Origin: a virus
Lineage: Duplodnaviria; Caudoviricetes
Length of the DNA stretch: 60,657 nucleotides
IMG/VR virus record: IMGVR_UViG_3300028895_000276
Span: 1 to 60,657 of that record
Strand: one strand, 5' to 3'
Under the pieces are notes generated by a model that did no database searches, was not told the origin of the DNA, and worked only from the letters and a program-made list of their open reading frames with translations. Position 1 is the first letter of the stretch; every line of letters starts with the position of its first letter. The position numbers and the translations under genes were made by a program. Positions 10,192 through 19,909 of the stretch are shown here, piece after piece.

Positions 10192-10225
10192 GCTTGTCTC
10201 CTATAGCCCCAGCGCAATTCGGCGC

Positions 10226-10804
10226 CTAAAGGGAAAACCACCGCAGAGCAACGTAAGACCTCGTCATGGTGTACCGCCCATCATCCACGGACTCCAGAAT
10301 AACGCTCGCCGGTCGCCCAGCGTCAGAGCTTGTCACGCACGCGCAGATGGTCTCCACTCCGTCAGACTCACCGCTCAACTCTACACCTAGCCAGTCCGGG
10401 TAAAAAGCGACCATGTCGGGTAGCCACATTGCCGCGTTGGTCACCTCATACATTCCAGTTATTGCGATAACCTGACCGTAGGCATTGAAGCTGTTCCGGT
10501 CAGCCGTTAGCCGCATACCGCAAGAGGAACGCCAGAATGGGTTCGTGGCTTTCCCGGTGTGTGCCCATTGCATTTCGACCCGAATTCCGCCTGCTTGATG
10601 GTGCTGGTTAAAGACCATGTAGAGCCTTGCCGTAGCCGCTCCGGTCGGGTTGTTGACTTCGACCCAGGTCCCCTCAGCAATTGGATTGCTCCCGCCTTGA
10701 TCCGTAGACACATAGAAGCCGGAAGGGGGAGCGTCACACGGACAACTCACACTACTACCACCGCCGAACAAACCCGCCTGGTATGCCTTCAGTGCCGCTT
10801 TCAT
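10226..10804 (-). CDS. Putative virion decoration protein (shares its N-terminus with the neighbour)
   Basis: Begins MKAALKAYQAGLFGGG, identical to ORF 10801..11610. Confidence 0.6.
   Translation of the reverse strand: MKAALKAYQAGLFGGGSSVSCPCDAPPSGFYVSTDQGGSNPIAEGTWVEVNNPTGAATARLYMVFNQHHQAGGIRVEMQWAHTGKATNPFWRSSCGMRLTADRNSFNAYGQVIAITGMYEVTNAAMWLPDMVAFYPDWLGVELSGESDGVETICACVTSSDAGRPASVILESVDDGRYTMTRSYVALRWFSL
10761..10804. repeat. 44-bp exact direct repeat (second copy 11567-11610) encoding a shared N-terminal module
   Basis: ccgccgaacaaacccgcctggtatgccttcagtgccgctttcat present twice. Confidence 0.93.
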
Positions 10805-11610
10805 AGCGGTCCAGTTATGACCACTTGCCCGTGACCGCTTCTAACGCCGCCGGTAGTCGAGCCGTTTGCCACAGCGACCACCGGGAAGTTTCCCTCGGGT
10901 ATTGACACGACGCCGCCGATGTAGGAAGAGCCACCGCCGCCGTACTGGGCATTGCTCGTGTGACCGCCGAACCATCCACCACCGCCAGCCCCGCGAGCGA
11001 AGTCCGGGTACGAAGGCGGAATTCCCTGACCGTGGCCGAAAGAAAAGCCCGTGTCTTGTCCGCCTGGCCCGCCGCCTGTCTGATCCCCGCGATAGTACCC
11101 GCGTTCCCCAACAAGCCCGCCGCCGTATCCGCCATTGCTATTGAACACGCCAGGTTCAGCCGCGCCACCACCACCACCGCCGCCAACGACTACCCGGTCA
11201 TCGTATCCGGTGCCGCCGATCCGCACGTCGGACCCACCGCCGCCACCGCCGCCTACCCTATCGAACCGATTGATTACCCAGCCGCCGCCATTCCAGCCAC
11301 CGCGGGGGTCAACGGTCGAAACCGGGAAACCGCCCACGAAGACGTAGACGGTAGTGGGCGCCGCCAGTGAGACCTCGCCGGTAGCGTAGCCGCCAAGCCC
11401 GCCGGGCGAGCACTCTGTCGCGCCGTTCGTCCCGACGCCACCCTCAGCACCCCAACACTCGATCTTGAAGGTGCCAGCCGGTAGAAGCTGGGACTGAGAA
11501 GAGCCATCCAGCCCGTTCGTACCGTTGTACGTGAATGTATAGACCACGGACGGCACGCTACCACCGCCGCCGAACAAACCCGCCTGGTATGCCTTCAGTG
11601 CCGCTTTCAT
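10801..11610 (-). CDS. Glycine-rich domain protein (putative fibre/decoration)
   Basis: IECWGAEGG, GGGGSDVRIGG, VVGGGGGG, GGGGWFGG, GGGSSYI motifs of glycine-rich (polyglycine II) domains. Confidence 0.8.
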   Translation of the reverse strand: MKAALKAYQAGLFGGGGSVPSVVYTFTYNGTNGLDGSSQSQLLPAGTFKIECWGAEGGVGTNGATECSPGGLGGYATGEVSLAAPTTVYVFVGGFPVSTVDPRGGWNGGGWVINRFDRVGGGGGGGSDVRIGGTGYDDRVVVGGGGGGGAAEPGVFNSNGGYGGGLVGERGYYRGDQTGGGPGGQDTGFSFGHGQGIPPSYPDFARGAGGGGWFGGHTSNAQYGGGGSSYIGGVVSIPEGNFPVVAVANGSTTGGVRSGHGQVVITGPL

Positions 11611-11943
11611 CTAGCCCGCCGTGTAGCTGATCCAGTCATCCTCGGTGCCGTTTAGATGGCACTGGGACAGGTCAAGCGCCATCAGTAGTCGGGTCTCGCC
11701 AGCCGGAACCACGAGCCCGTTGCCGGTCCCGTCGACCTCGTTGGTAACCTGGCCGTTTCCGACCGTCACCGCTCCAGCGTTATCCGCGTCAGCCGTGACG
11801 AAGACGCACGCCTGAGGAAGTCGCCGCCGCACTGTTGAAAACTGGATAGGGATCCCAGTAGTCGCAACCATAACCTGCCCTGTCAGGGGTGGGTCGTTTG
11901 GGGTCTCTGTTTCTGACAGTCTCACCGGTTCACTTGTTGGCAT
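11611..11943 (-). CDS. Hypothetical virion protein
   Basis: 110 aa ORF with RBS, in operon. Confidence 0.6.
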   Translation of the reverse strand: MPTSEPVRLSETETPNDPPLTGQVMVATTGIPIQFSTVRRRLPQACVFVTADADNAGAVTVGNGQVTNEVDGTGNGLVVPAGETRLLMALDLSQCHLNGTEDDWISYTAG

Positions 11944-11958
11944 CGTTCTTCTCCTATA

Positions 11959-12336
11959 CTAACCACTCGCCACCGGGGGACGCCCTAGCGCCTCGGTGAC
12001 CTCTACCCGCAAATCGTCAGGTGGCATGCGACCTAGCTCAGCCGCCCAGCCCATGAGAACTTCCCAGGTCCTACGGAGCAACCGCAGCACTGTCCGAAGC
12101 TGTTCGCACAGGTCCGCGTTCTGTCTCTCGATCTTCTCCACGCGACCTTCAAGCTTAATCCGCGCTTCCCGTTCATGTGCTAAGTCAATTCGCAAGTTCT
12201 TGACAAGCTCTCCAGCCGCCGCGCTTATGGACTCGCTCGCGTCCGCGTCGTTCTTTCTTATACCCGCAAAGACGCCTATCAAGCCCACCGCGCTACCGGC
12301 AAGGCCTACCAGAAGAGTTACCAGCCAGTCAGGCAT
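11959..12336 (-). CDS. Membrane-anchored coiled-coil protein
   Basis: N-terminal TM segment followed by heptad repeats. Confidence 0.6.
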   Translation of the reverse strand: MPDWLVTLLVGLAGSAVGLIGVFAGIRKNDADASESISAAAGELVKNLRIDLAHEREARIKLEGRVEKIERQNADLCEQLRTVLRLLRRTWEVLMGWAAELGRMPPDDLRVEVTEALGRPPVASG

Positions 12337-12661
12337 GGGCCGTACCGCTTCGTTTATTCAACTCATGCCTCACAACTTCGACGCCCAAAAAGAGCATCAT
12401 CAAGACGCCGTGGACCCGGATACCCTGAGACCACAAGACCCTGAAGGGATGAGGAATCAGCGCCAACAAAGCCACGAAAGTGTAGATCAGAACGTGAGCA
12501 ACCCACACAAGTGGACCCGTCGACCAGGTCGCATGTCCTTTTAGCATCAGCACGCGAATCCAGACAATGAGCGCCGGGATAGCACACGCCAGAATGAGAA
12601 GCCGCTCGTGTCGTGTGTTGATCGCCACGTCACAGAAAAGGCATGCTAGCTCATTTTCCAT
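12329..12661 (-). CDS. Membrane protein (about 3 TM; possible holin)
   Basis: Three hydrophobic segments, basic C-terminus. Confidence 0.55.
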   Translation of the reverse strand: MENELACLFCDVAINTRHERLLILACAIPALIVWIRVLMLKGHATWSTGPLVWVAHVLIYTFVALLALIPHPFRVLWSQGIRVHGVLMMLFLGVEVVRHELNKRSGTAHA

Positions 12662-12673
12662 CGCCCTCTCCTA

Positions 12674-13006
12674 CTATGCGTCGTGATCTCCTCGAACAAC
12701 GGTCTCCAGTAAAGACTGCCCTCCGGCAATGCTACCAGACAGCAGCACCCACTGCATGACGCCCAGCCGCAAACCAGCCACGATGACAGCGGCTGCGAAC
12801 ATCGACATCCACACTCCCACGCAGTAGGGACACCCTAACAGATCCTGCAGCGTATTCCATAGCCGCGCCGGCTTTCTGTCGTACATCAGCATCGAAGACG
12901 GCAAAGACCGCAGCCACACGAACACCTCGAACGGTCCGTCATCGAACACGATCATCTCCGCGCCACGGTAGGCGAATAGCACGCCAATCAACATCCACTG
13001 TAGCAC
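12674..13006 (-). CDS. DUF1360-like membrane protein
   Basis: DGPF...R and LLGCPYCVGVW motifs. Confidence 0.7.
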   Translation of the reverse strand: MLQWMLIGVLFAYRGAEMIVFDDGPFEVFVWLRSLPSSMLMYDRKPARLWNTLQDLLGCPYCVGVWMSMFAAAVIVAGLRLGVMQWVLLSGSIAGGQSLLETVVRGDHDA

Positions 13007-13010
13007 TGTG

Positions 13011-14840
13011 CTAGCCTCTAGCCTTGACAACAGCCTGCACATCGCGCTTGATGATCTTGCCATCCCTGCCCGTACCCGTCACCTCTGCTAGGTCCACGCC
13101 ACTGACCTCTGCGAACGAGGCCGCAGCGGGTGACACGTTGTATTCGACAGGCTCAACGGGAGTCGGCGCCGGCGCAACGACCTTCTCTTTCTGCGGCTCC
13201 TCGCTCGGTGTCGGTTCGGGTGATTTAACCACACTCTCTTCTGGCTGCGGCTGGACTGCCGGCAACGCTGCCCTCTCGAATTCGACCATCCCTGTGAGCC
13301 ATTCGGCGTCCACCGGGTCAGCCCAAAACATCATGTTGCGCTGGTTGCGCCCATACTTGTAGCGTTGGCCAGTTGGACCGTTGATAGTCTGGTTGCCGAT
13401 GTTGGCGCCCAGGTACTTGACCAACACGCTGCCGTCATCTCTAGACGCAGCTAGCGCCGCTACTGCAGGACTGGACCTAGTCCCAGTCTTGCTAACCACC
13501 ACCCGAGGTGTCGTCTTTCGCCTACCACCACAACAAGCCATCGGTAACTCCCCTTTCGAGTAAACAGCACTGTGGATCCGCGCCACCTTGTGCAAGAAAT
13601 AGGACCGAGGACGAGGTACCCGTTGCGTGCGTCCTTGCCCCTCGCGCCTATAGCAATAGTGCGCCTCCCGCAGATGTACTCCACAGTACCCGTGCAACCC
13701 TAGGTTGATGTTGAACTCCCAGTCCTCTCGCCCGTTGTCCATCCTGTTAGAATAGCCACCGGTTTCCAACCATGCAATACGCGGAAACATGATACCCTTA
13801 TGCATACAGTTACGGTCTAACAGTTCATCAAACACGTACTCTGGCATGACCTTACGCTGTCGTGCTCCGTTCCTGCCGTGGTAGACGATGTCGTCGTAGA
13901 CCACGCTGTGTGGGTTTGCTAGCTGCAACTCGTACATGCGCTCTAGCCGCCGAGGTGCCATCCAGTCATCGCCATCCAGGACCGTGCAGAACCTGCCCTT
14001 GGCTATGCTCAGGCCGGCGTTAGCCGCCGAACTCGCGCCACCGTTGCGCTGCCGTACGTAGTGAATCGCCTTCCACGGGTCGTGTAGTCTCTGCCCGACT
14101 ATGGGCGTATTGTCCATGCTGCCGTCGTCCACTATAATGATCTCGGTAGCCTGGAACGTCTGGTCTAGCACCGAAGTCACAGCCTGCTCTAGATAGCGCC
14201 CATAGTTGTAGCACGTTATGATCACGCTGATCTCTGGTGGCGTCTTGATCAACCACCGTCTAGCTGCCCTGTCGCCACCAACATCCTCTATAGCCTGTCT
14301 GATACTGGTGCCGTAGGTCTTCGGTCTCTTATGCTTGAAGTAGCCACGCACGTCCAGCGGCTGCACCCGGAACCCGCTGCGGCACGCCCGCAGTTGATAC
14401 TCGCACGTGGCACCCCATAGTGGATAGAGGTCTCCGTTGAAGCCGCCTATAGCGTTCAGCAGGTCACGACGCACGAACATGAACGTTCCCTGTACATAGC
14501 CGTTAGGCCAGCCAGGGTGTTTCATAACGCCGTCACCGATGATCGCATAGCTCTGTCTCTCTGCTAGCGCACGCTGCCATCCGTTCAGCAACTCGCCGTC
14601 CTGGTTCAGCACCAGCACGTCCGTGTCACACTCAGCGAACCCACGGTTGCAGCCGCCCGAGAAGTAGCCGCGCTCATGCTGCTTGATCACGCGCACGTTA
14701 GGCCATCTGGATACGTCTGGTGGCGCACTGCCGTAATCGTTGATGACCAGGGTGGGGATATCCGCCGGCACGGTGTCCAGAAGAGCCGGCAACGTTGCGT
14801 GACCGTGCCAGAACGGGATGACTACAGTTAGGTTGTCCAA
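13011..14840 (-). CDS. Tandem GT2 glycosyltransferase with a C-terminal E3-binding-like domain
   Basis: Two GT-A units (VVIP/INDYGS/LNQD and SVIITCYN/IVDDGSMD/LDGDD/EDWE); C-terminal SPAA..FAE..GVDL.EV.GTGRDGKI.K.DV; start chosen at TTG after GGAGGG (track start 14888 lies in a hairpin repeat). Confidence 0.88.
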   Translation of the reverse strand: MDNLTVVIPFWHGHATLPALLDTVPADIPTLVINDYGSAPPDVSRWPNVRVIKQHERGYFSGGCNRGFAECDTDVLVLNQDGELLNGWQRALAERQSYAIIGDGVMKHPGWPNGYVQGTFMFVRRDLLNAIGGFNGDLYPLWGATCEYQLRACRSGFRVQPLDVRGYFKHKRPKTYGTSIRQAIEDVGGDRAARRWLIKTPPEISVIITCYNYGRYLEQAVTSVLDQTFQATEIIIVDDGSMDNTPIVGQRLHDPWKAIHYVRQRNGGASSAANAGLSIAKGRFCTVLDGDDWMAPRRLERMYELQLANPHSVVYDDIVYHGRNGARQRKVMPEYVFDELLDRNCMHKGIMFPRIAWLETGGYSNRMDNGREDWEFNINLGLHGYCGVHLREAHYCYRREGQGRTQRVPRPRSYFLHKVARIHSAVYSKGELPMACCGGRRKTTPRVVVSKTGTRSSPAVAALAASRDDGSVLVKYLGANIGNQTINGPTGQRYKYGRNQRNMMFWADPVDAEWLTGMVEFERAALPAVQPQPEESVVKSPEPTPSEEPQKEKVVAPAPTPVEPVEYNVSPAAASFAEVSGVDLAEVTGTGRDGKIIKRDVQAVVKARG

Positions 14841-14858
14841 CAAACCCTCCGCTTTAAC

Positions 14859-14943
14859 CGAAGGTACTTTCCTTGCACGTGACGGCATTCAGTGCTATGC
14901 TGGCCGCTATGTGTGCCGTCCTGTGCAAGGAAAATGCCTCCCG
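14859..14943. repeat. Dispersed intergenic hairpin element, copy B
   Basis: cgaaggtactttccttgcacgtgacggca ... tgccgtcctgtgcaaggaaaatgcctcccg long imperfect inverted repeat. Confidence 0.8.
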
Positions 14944-14973
14944 TTGCGTCCCGTGATGCTTCCGATGCAAGAC

Positions 14974-15010
14974 CACCGTGGGGAGAGTGGTATTAGCCCT
15001 CCCCACGGTG
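14974..15010 (-). terminator. Stem-loop downstream of the major capsid gene
   Basis: caccgtggggag ... ctccccacggtg perfect 12-bp stem; no U-tract. Confidence 0.65.
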
Positions 15011-15052
15011 CAGAGCGCTGTCATCCACGCCAGGACGACAGCTAGTGTCTCA

Positions 15053-16375
15053 TTACGGGCAGACCGCTGCGTCGAAGCTGGTCTCGGGGTAGAAGCTGGT
15101 CTCAGCCGGGTCTGGCGACAGCGGGTCAACCGCGCTGCGGCAGACAACGTCCTGGAACCGGATCTGCGCCCAAGGAGCCGCACAGAACAGACGCGGGTGA
15201 TGCCACAGCTTGAGCTTGTAGCACTCGTTGTCTGTGTCGTATTTGCCCAGCAACCTGCCGTTGTCCAGTGTGAAGTAGTCGCCCACGTTGGCGCCGGTGA
15301 CGTTGGGTGCGAAGTTGGACAGAGCCGTGTTAGCGCTGAGCATCTCGCCTTCGAGAATGCGTCGCCCGCCGATGCTGCCGGTCAGGAAGTACATGTCGAA
15401 ACGCGTCGGTCCGTTGATCGTCTCCCAGTCGTAGGCCATCAGCGGAATGGTGATACCGTCCAGCGTGATGTAGCCATGACCGTACAGGTTCGCCGGGTTC
15501 GTGGCCGAGATGAGGTTATCGCGGAACATCCGCGCCTCGTAGGTCTGCAGGTTGACCTCGCTGTACTGCTGGCCCGCGCAAACACTCCAGCATGTGTAGA
15601 AGTCCAGCAGACACTCAGCCGCGAAAGTCGGCAACAGGATGATCATGTCGCCCAGCGCCGGCAACGAACCGCCGAGGATGGGTGACCAGGACAGCCGCTG
15701 GCGAATGCGTCGGAAGATCGCCTGTAGCACGTCGATGATGTCGAACGTCGCGTCGATGCCGTCGCCGTTGACGGTGATACCAGCACCACCGGTCATCGGG
15801 TTGTCATTCCAGTCCACCACCCATGCGTTGAGCGGTGCACCGTGCCCGGTAGAGATCCACTGTTGCAAGCCGTCGAACTGACCGCCGACTGCGTCGTTGC
15901 CGGTGATCACCAGCCGGCGCATGTCGTCCATGATCTGGTCGGTCGTGAACAGCATATCCCACTCCTGCTCGCTGTCAACGGGTGAACCGTCGAGACGATA
16001 GCGAGGAGAGGTCTTGCAGTAGTACTTGGGCTTCATGATCTCGCGGGTCGGACCGGCACGCGTGATACGCCCGAAGTCCTCGACTGAGATGCTGCGTGTC
16101 CCGAACTCCCAGGAGTTAGGATCGGCACACGGGTCACTCTGATAGCCGGCGCTATCGCCGCTGCTGTCTGGCCGGCGGAAGGTGATGAACTCGAGAGTGC
16201 GCTTGCACTCTTCCGTCACCTGGAAGTTGAGCCAGTCCAGGAACCCCATGGTCCCACGGTACGTGAGGCTCAGGATCTCGTCGGCGCACTGATCGAAGTA
16301 GTTGCAGCACCCGAAGGGTGTCGCACTCGTCGACAGGGTGAGCCGCTGCTGGATCGGAAGTCGGTTCTGGTTCAT
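15053..16375 (-). CDS. Major capsid protein
   Basis: 440 aa, downstream of the protease/scaffold gene, strong C/G third-position bias, GND...QFDGL motif, followed by a stem-loop. Confidence 0.8.
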   Translation of the reverse strand: MNQNRLPIQQRLTLSTSATPFGCCNYFDQCADEILSLTYRGTMGFLDWLNFQVTEECKRTLEFITFRRPDSSGDSAGYQSDPCADPNSWEFGTRSISVEDFGRITRAGPTREIMKPKYYCKTSPRYRLDGSPVDSEQEWDMLFTTDQIMDDMRRLVITGNDAVGGQFDGLQQWISTGHGAPLNAWVVDWNDNPMTGGAGITVNGDGIDATFDIIDVLQAIFRRIRQRLSWSPILGGSLPALGDMIILLPTFAAECLLDFYTCWSVCAGQQYSEVNLQTYEARMFRDNLISATNPANLYGHGYITLDGITIPLMAYDWETINGPTRFDMYFLTGSIGGRRILEGEMLSANTALSNFAPNVTGANVGDYFTLDNGRLLGKYDTDNECYKLKLWHHPRLFCAAPWAQIRFQDVVCRSAVDPLSPDPAETSFYPETSFDAAVCP

Positions 16376-16422
16376 GATGCTTCGTCCTCCTAGATGGTCC
16401 TACATATGAGAGACTGCCGCCG

Positions 16423-18081
16423 CTACGGCTGCAGGCCCTTCTCCTTGAGCCGCTCCGCGACAATCTCGGTGGTCGGCTTCTCATCGCCAGTGTCCTCCGT
16501 CTCACGCGTAGTGCGCGGACGAACGACCTTCAGCGGTCGAGGCTCTGGCAGATCAGACCGCCACGCTCGCTGCCGCTCCTGCTCCGTATCCTCCAGCGCC
16601 TCGATCCTGCTCGCGATGTCCGGCAGCATCTCCGCGATGGCAACGACTGCAGAGTGCAGGTCGCTGATCTCGGACCTCAACTGTACGATGAAGTCAACGT
16701 CTTCGGTCTCGCCGGTGTCGTCCGTGGTTTCGACATCCTGCTCGACGTCAACGTCGGTGTCCTCGTCAGTCTCGGTGCTCTCTACGGTGTCGGCATCCCT
16801 CGCGATGAGGCCATCGCTGGCCACACGCTCATTGATGTCGTCCACCTGTCCCTCAAGTGCCGCCATCTGCTCAGCACCCAAGAGCCGCTCCAGTGCTTCA
16901 CGTGCTTGCTGGTTCATGTCATCACTCCTAGTGTTCATGCTGGTGAACCACGCCGCAGCGCGGTCTCGCGGCAGTAGAGCGATACGCTCAAGCGTGCCCT
17001 CTTCCCATACCGGAAACTCCACGCCGTCGCCGCAGTCAACAAACGATGGAACGGCTGTAGGCTTGTACTGAATACTCGCACCCCAGTAATCAGGCTCCCG
17101 TTCCAACCCATCAGCCGCAGCACGCCCAATGTCCGTGTCATCGAACAGGCCGCTGGCAATCAGGACATAACCATCCTGGATGACCGTGTCTACGGTACCC
17201 AGGAACAGATGCTCGTGGTAGAAATCCAACCGCACCGGATCCTCCTCAGCATCCCGGCTGTTAAACCGCTCCACGAAGCTACCGAACAACGAGGTGCTAT
17301 CCACCTCGCCGCTGCGATTAAGGACAGCCGTGCAGACCACGCCGCCCCAGCGGACACGCCCATCGTCCTGTCGGAATATGGACAGACCGCGCTGAACCGG
17401 TACGTGCTCAACCTGCACGTGCACCCACTCCCCGATATCGACCTCCTCGCCGCTCATGGTGATGCTAGCTCTGTAGAGCTTGCCCTCGCGACTGCCGATA
17501 GCGTAGAACTCGCCGCTGCTATCAGTATATAGGTCGTGCAACCAGATCTCCTCGCCGTACTCCGCGCCGGCGTTCTGTGCCCACATAGCATACTGCACCA
17601 TCTCTACCACTTGGCCGATGCTGTAGGCACGTTCGGTCTCGGGTGGCGACTCGCCGGCTGCCTCGTACACGCTGTCCGGTGCAGTCTCGTCCATCTGCTC
17701 GTAGGCCGAGATCAGCTTGCCGGCTGCCTCGCGTACGGCAGCTTCCCAGGTATCTTCTGGAACGTCATCCGGACGAACGACAGCACTGATGCCCCGTCCG
17801 CCGGCTGCGGCATAGACAGCTTTGTCCACGTACACGCCATCGCTATCGCCTGGTCGGCGCACAGGTAGCATGCAGTGAGACTGTGTCCACTCGGAAGGAT
17901 CGTCACGCCCGGCTGCCGCGTTGACGTTGATGAGGCTTGCTCCGCAGTACTGTTCGGTGCTCTCGTAGTTGGACGCTGCGCCGTCCCACTCGTCCACTTC
18001 CACTACCTCACGCTGCTGGGGATGCAGCATCGAGGCCACTAGCTCTGTTAGCCCTCGCTTGATGTTGTTCCACGCTGTCAC
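16423..18081 (-). CDS. Prohead protease/scaffold protein
   Basis: Central protease-like segment (LDFYH, GASIQY) and acidic coiled-coil C-terminus; upstream of the capsid gene. Confidence 0.65.
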   Translation of the reverse strand: MTAWNNIKRGLTELVASMLHPQQREVVEVDEWDGAASNYESTEQYCGASLINVNAAAGRDDPSEWTQSHCMLPVRRPGDSDGVYVDKAVYAAAGGRGISAVVRPDDVPEDTWEAAVREAAGKLISAYEQMDETAPDSVYEAAGESPPETERAYSIGQVVEMVQYAMWAQNAGAEYGEEIWLHDLYTDSSGEFYAIGSREGKLYRASITMSGEEVDIGEWVHVQVEHVPVQRGLSIFRQDDGRVRWGGVVCTAVLNRSGEVDSTSLFGSFVERFNSRDAEEDPVRLDFYHEHLFLGTVDTVIQDGYVLIASGLFDDTDIGRAAADGLEREPDYWGASIQYKPTAVPSFVDCGDGVEFPVWEEGTLERIALLPRDRAAAWFTSMNTRSDDMNQQAREALERLLGAEQMAALEGQVDDINERVASDGLIARDADTVESTETDEDTDVDVEQDVETTDDTGETEDVDFIVQLRSEISDLHSAVVAIAEMLPDIASRIEALEDTEQERQRAWRSDLPEPRPLKVVRPRTTRETEDTGDEKPTTEIVAERLKEKGLQP

Positions 18082-18172
18082 TGGTAAGCCTCCTCACACA
18101 AGAGACCACGCAGATTGTCGGCTGCGTGGTCTCGCTGGACTCGCCGTGATATTGGATACCTCGTGTACACCA

Positions 18173-18201
18173 ATTATACCACAGCTTGCGCTTCGTGTCA
18201 A
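18173..18201 (-). promoter_or_regulatory. Consensus sigma70 promoter for the head operon
   Basis: Minus strand TTGACA-17 bp-TATAAT with TGTGG extended -10. Confidence 0.88.
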
Positions 18202-18216
18202 GTATGTGTACATCGC

Positions 18217-18438
18217 TCAACGCTCCGCGTCTTCTATCGCCAACTTAAACTCATCCCACGGAATGTAGTAGTCTGGATCACCTCGTCTGCGCACCTGCCG
18301 GCAGTTCAACGGCAGTCTGATGTGTACCATAGGACCGGATGCTGTACCTATCACTCGAAACAGCACGGTGCCCCTGTCATCGCCAACGCGGACGAATCCG
18401 TCGTCGTCCCTGACTACTTGATCGAGACTTCGTGCCAT
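18217..18438 (-). CDS. Hypothetical protein
   Basis: 73 aa ORF overlapping the end of the upstream sulfotransferase. Confidence 0.55.
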   Translation of the reverse strand: MARSLDQVVRDDDGFVRVGDDRGTVLFRVIGTASGPMVHIRLPLNCRQVRRRGDPDYYIPWDEFKLAIEDAER

Positions 18439-19253
18439 CGTCTGTAGTCCTGCCAGCAGCCGTGTATAATCATCGTCTCCTGCTCTTTGTTCAAGTCCTC
18501 GCAGTACCGATCGATATGTGCTTGCTCCGTATCCACGATAGACGCCATCTGTACCCGCTCTTCATGCGTGCGCTGCTCTAGCCCTAGAGCCTCGTACAGC
18601 TTGAATATCTGAGCGTCAGGTTCGCCAACTAACCGCTCTAACTCCATGACCGCGTAGTTGTCCTCGTCAACCAGCAGCCTCTGGTCCCACGCCTGCTTCA
18701 TCCGCTCGTGATACCACCACGGGAAGTCGCCATACCTGATCGGTCCCCACTTGCGCGGTACCACCGATGCTGCCACGTCACGCGGGTCACGGATAACGTG
18801 CACGAACTTGGCGTCGGGTAGGGACATCTGCAGGAACGATGCCCAACCCACACACGCCGGCTCCTTGATGACGATGTCCGTCTTGCCTACGTGTGGACAG
18901 ATCATGCCGAATGCCCGCCGCATGAAGAACCGCGCATACTCGTACCTAGTACGGGTGCTGGTAGCTGCCATGTAGTCTAGGTGGCGCCAGGTCTCCGGTG
19001 TGTAGATCTGGTCTGCCCGATCCCACACGCCGAACCGCTTCAGGTTGTTTAGCATCGTGCAGTTGTAGCGTTCCAGCAGATTAGCTATAAACTCCTCTCT
19101 GTCGATGTCGTTCCTGTACGCGTAGTCTGCCAGTCCCCCAGGACCAAACAGCCACTTAGGTTCATAGAACACCGCGAACCTGCCGTCACGTTGCAGGATC
19201 TGCCCCAGCAGCGTCGTGCCACTGCGTCCAGTGCCTCCCACGAAGATAATCAC
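18414..19253 (-). CDS. Sulfotransferase family protein
   Basis: PAPS loop FVGGTGRSGTTLL and 3'-phosphate motif HVIRDPRDVAAS; GTG start after GGAGG. Confidence 0.88.
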   Translation of the reverse strand: MIIFVGGTGRSGTTLLGQILQRDGRFAVFYEPKWLFGPGGLADYAYRNDIDREEFIANLLERYNCTMLNNLKRFGVWDRADQIYTPETWRHLDYMAATSTRTRYEYARFFMRRAFGMICPHVGKTDIVIKEPACVGWASFLQMSLPDAKFVHVIRDPRDVAASVVPRKWGPIRYGDFPWWYHERMKQAWDQRLLVDEDNYAVMELERLVGEPDAQIFKLYEALGLEQRTHEERVQMASIVDTEQAHIDRYCEDLNKEQETMIIHGCWQDYRRWHEVSIK

Positions 19254-19909
19254 TCTCGCCTCCGTACTCGACCCATCATACTCATGCACCTGTCTCGTCT
19301 GCCAATCCAGTCAGCCAGCATAACCACCGCAGAGTAGGTGTCGCCCTGCGTCAGCTCTCTGTAGTGCAACGGCAGATGTGGTCGCTGTTGCAGCTTCAGA
19401 AAGTCGTGGATGCTCTGGTAGTAGTCGGCGTATAGCCTAGCCCACTGCACCTCGCTGTGGCGCCTGTTGTTTCTCCTGATCAGGCTCTCGATGACGCTGG
19501 TCTCGTCCCTGTACGTGATCACATAGCGCGGTATGCAGTGTTCCTCTCTCAGGATCCTGTCCCACGCGAAGCACGTCAGACTGGTCCTAGGATCCTTGAA
19601 GCCCCACTCGTCGTGTACGCTCCTCTCTCGGATAGCCTGCACCATTATATCGTGCAGCAACTCCGTAGCATCAGATAGCGCCGCTATAGACGGTACTTTA
19701 GCCCAGCTACCACCGGCAGTCTTTAGCAGTGCTCTGTTGACGGTGGACATGCCGGTGTCTTCGAAATACCCGTACGGTTGATGGGTATCGCGCCGGCTGC
19801 GGTCCTCCTCGCTGCACATCGGCAACCCAGCGGCATCCAGCATTGAAGCTGCCAGCGAAGTGCCCGTTCTATGCATCCCCAGCACCACATAGACGACCGG
19901 ACGTTTCAT
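19250..19909 (-). CDS. Sulfotransferase family protein
   Basis: VLGMHRTGTS, PYGYFED, WGFKDPRT motifs. Confidence 0.88.
   Translation of the reverse strand: MKRPVVYVVLGMHRTGTSLAASMLDAAGLPMCSEEDRSRRDTHQPYGYFEDTGMSTVNRALLKTAGGSWAKVPSIAALSDATELLHDIMVQAIRERSVHDEWGFKDPRTSLTCFAWDRILREEHCIPRYVITYRDETSVIESLIRRNNRRHSEVQWARLYADYYQSIHDFLKLQQRPHLPLHYRELTQGDTYSAVVMLADWIGRRDRCMSMMGRVRRRE

Noticed and set aside
631-11610. Diversity-generating retroelement from the paired repeats (660/1200 and 10761/11567)
   Set aside because: No reverse transcriptase is seen; one pair is identical and the other differs mostly at wobble positions, not adenine-specifically.
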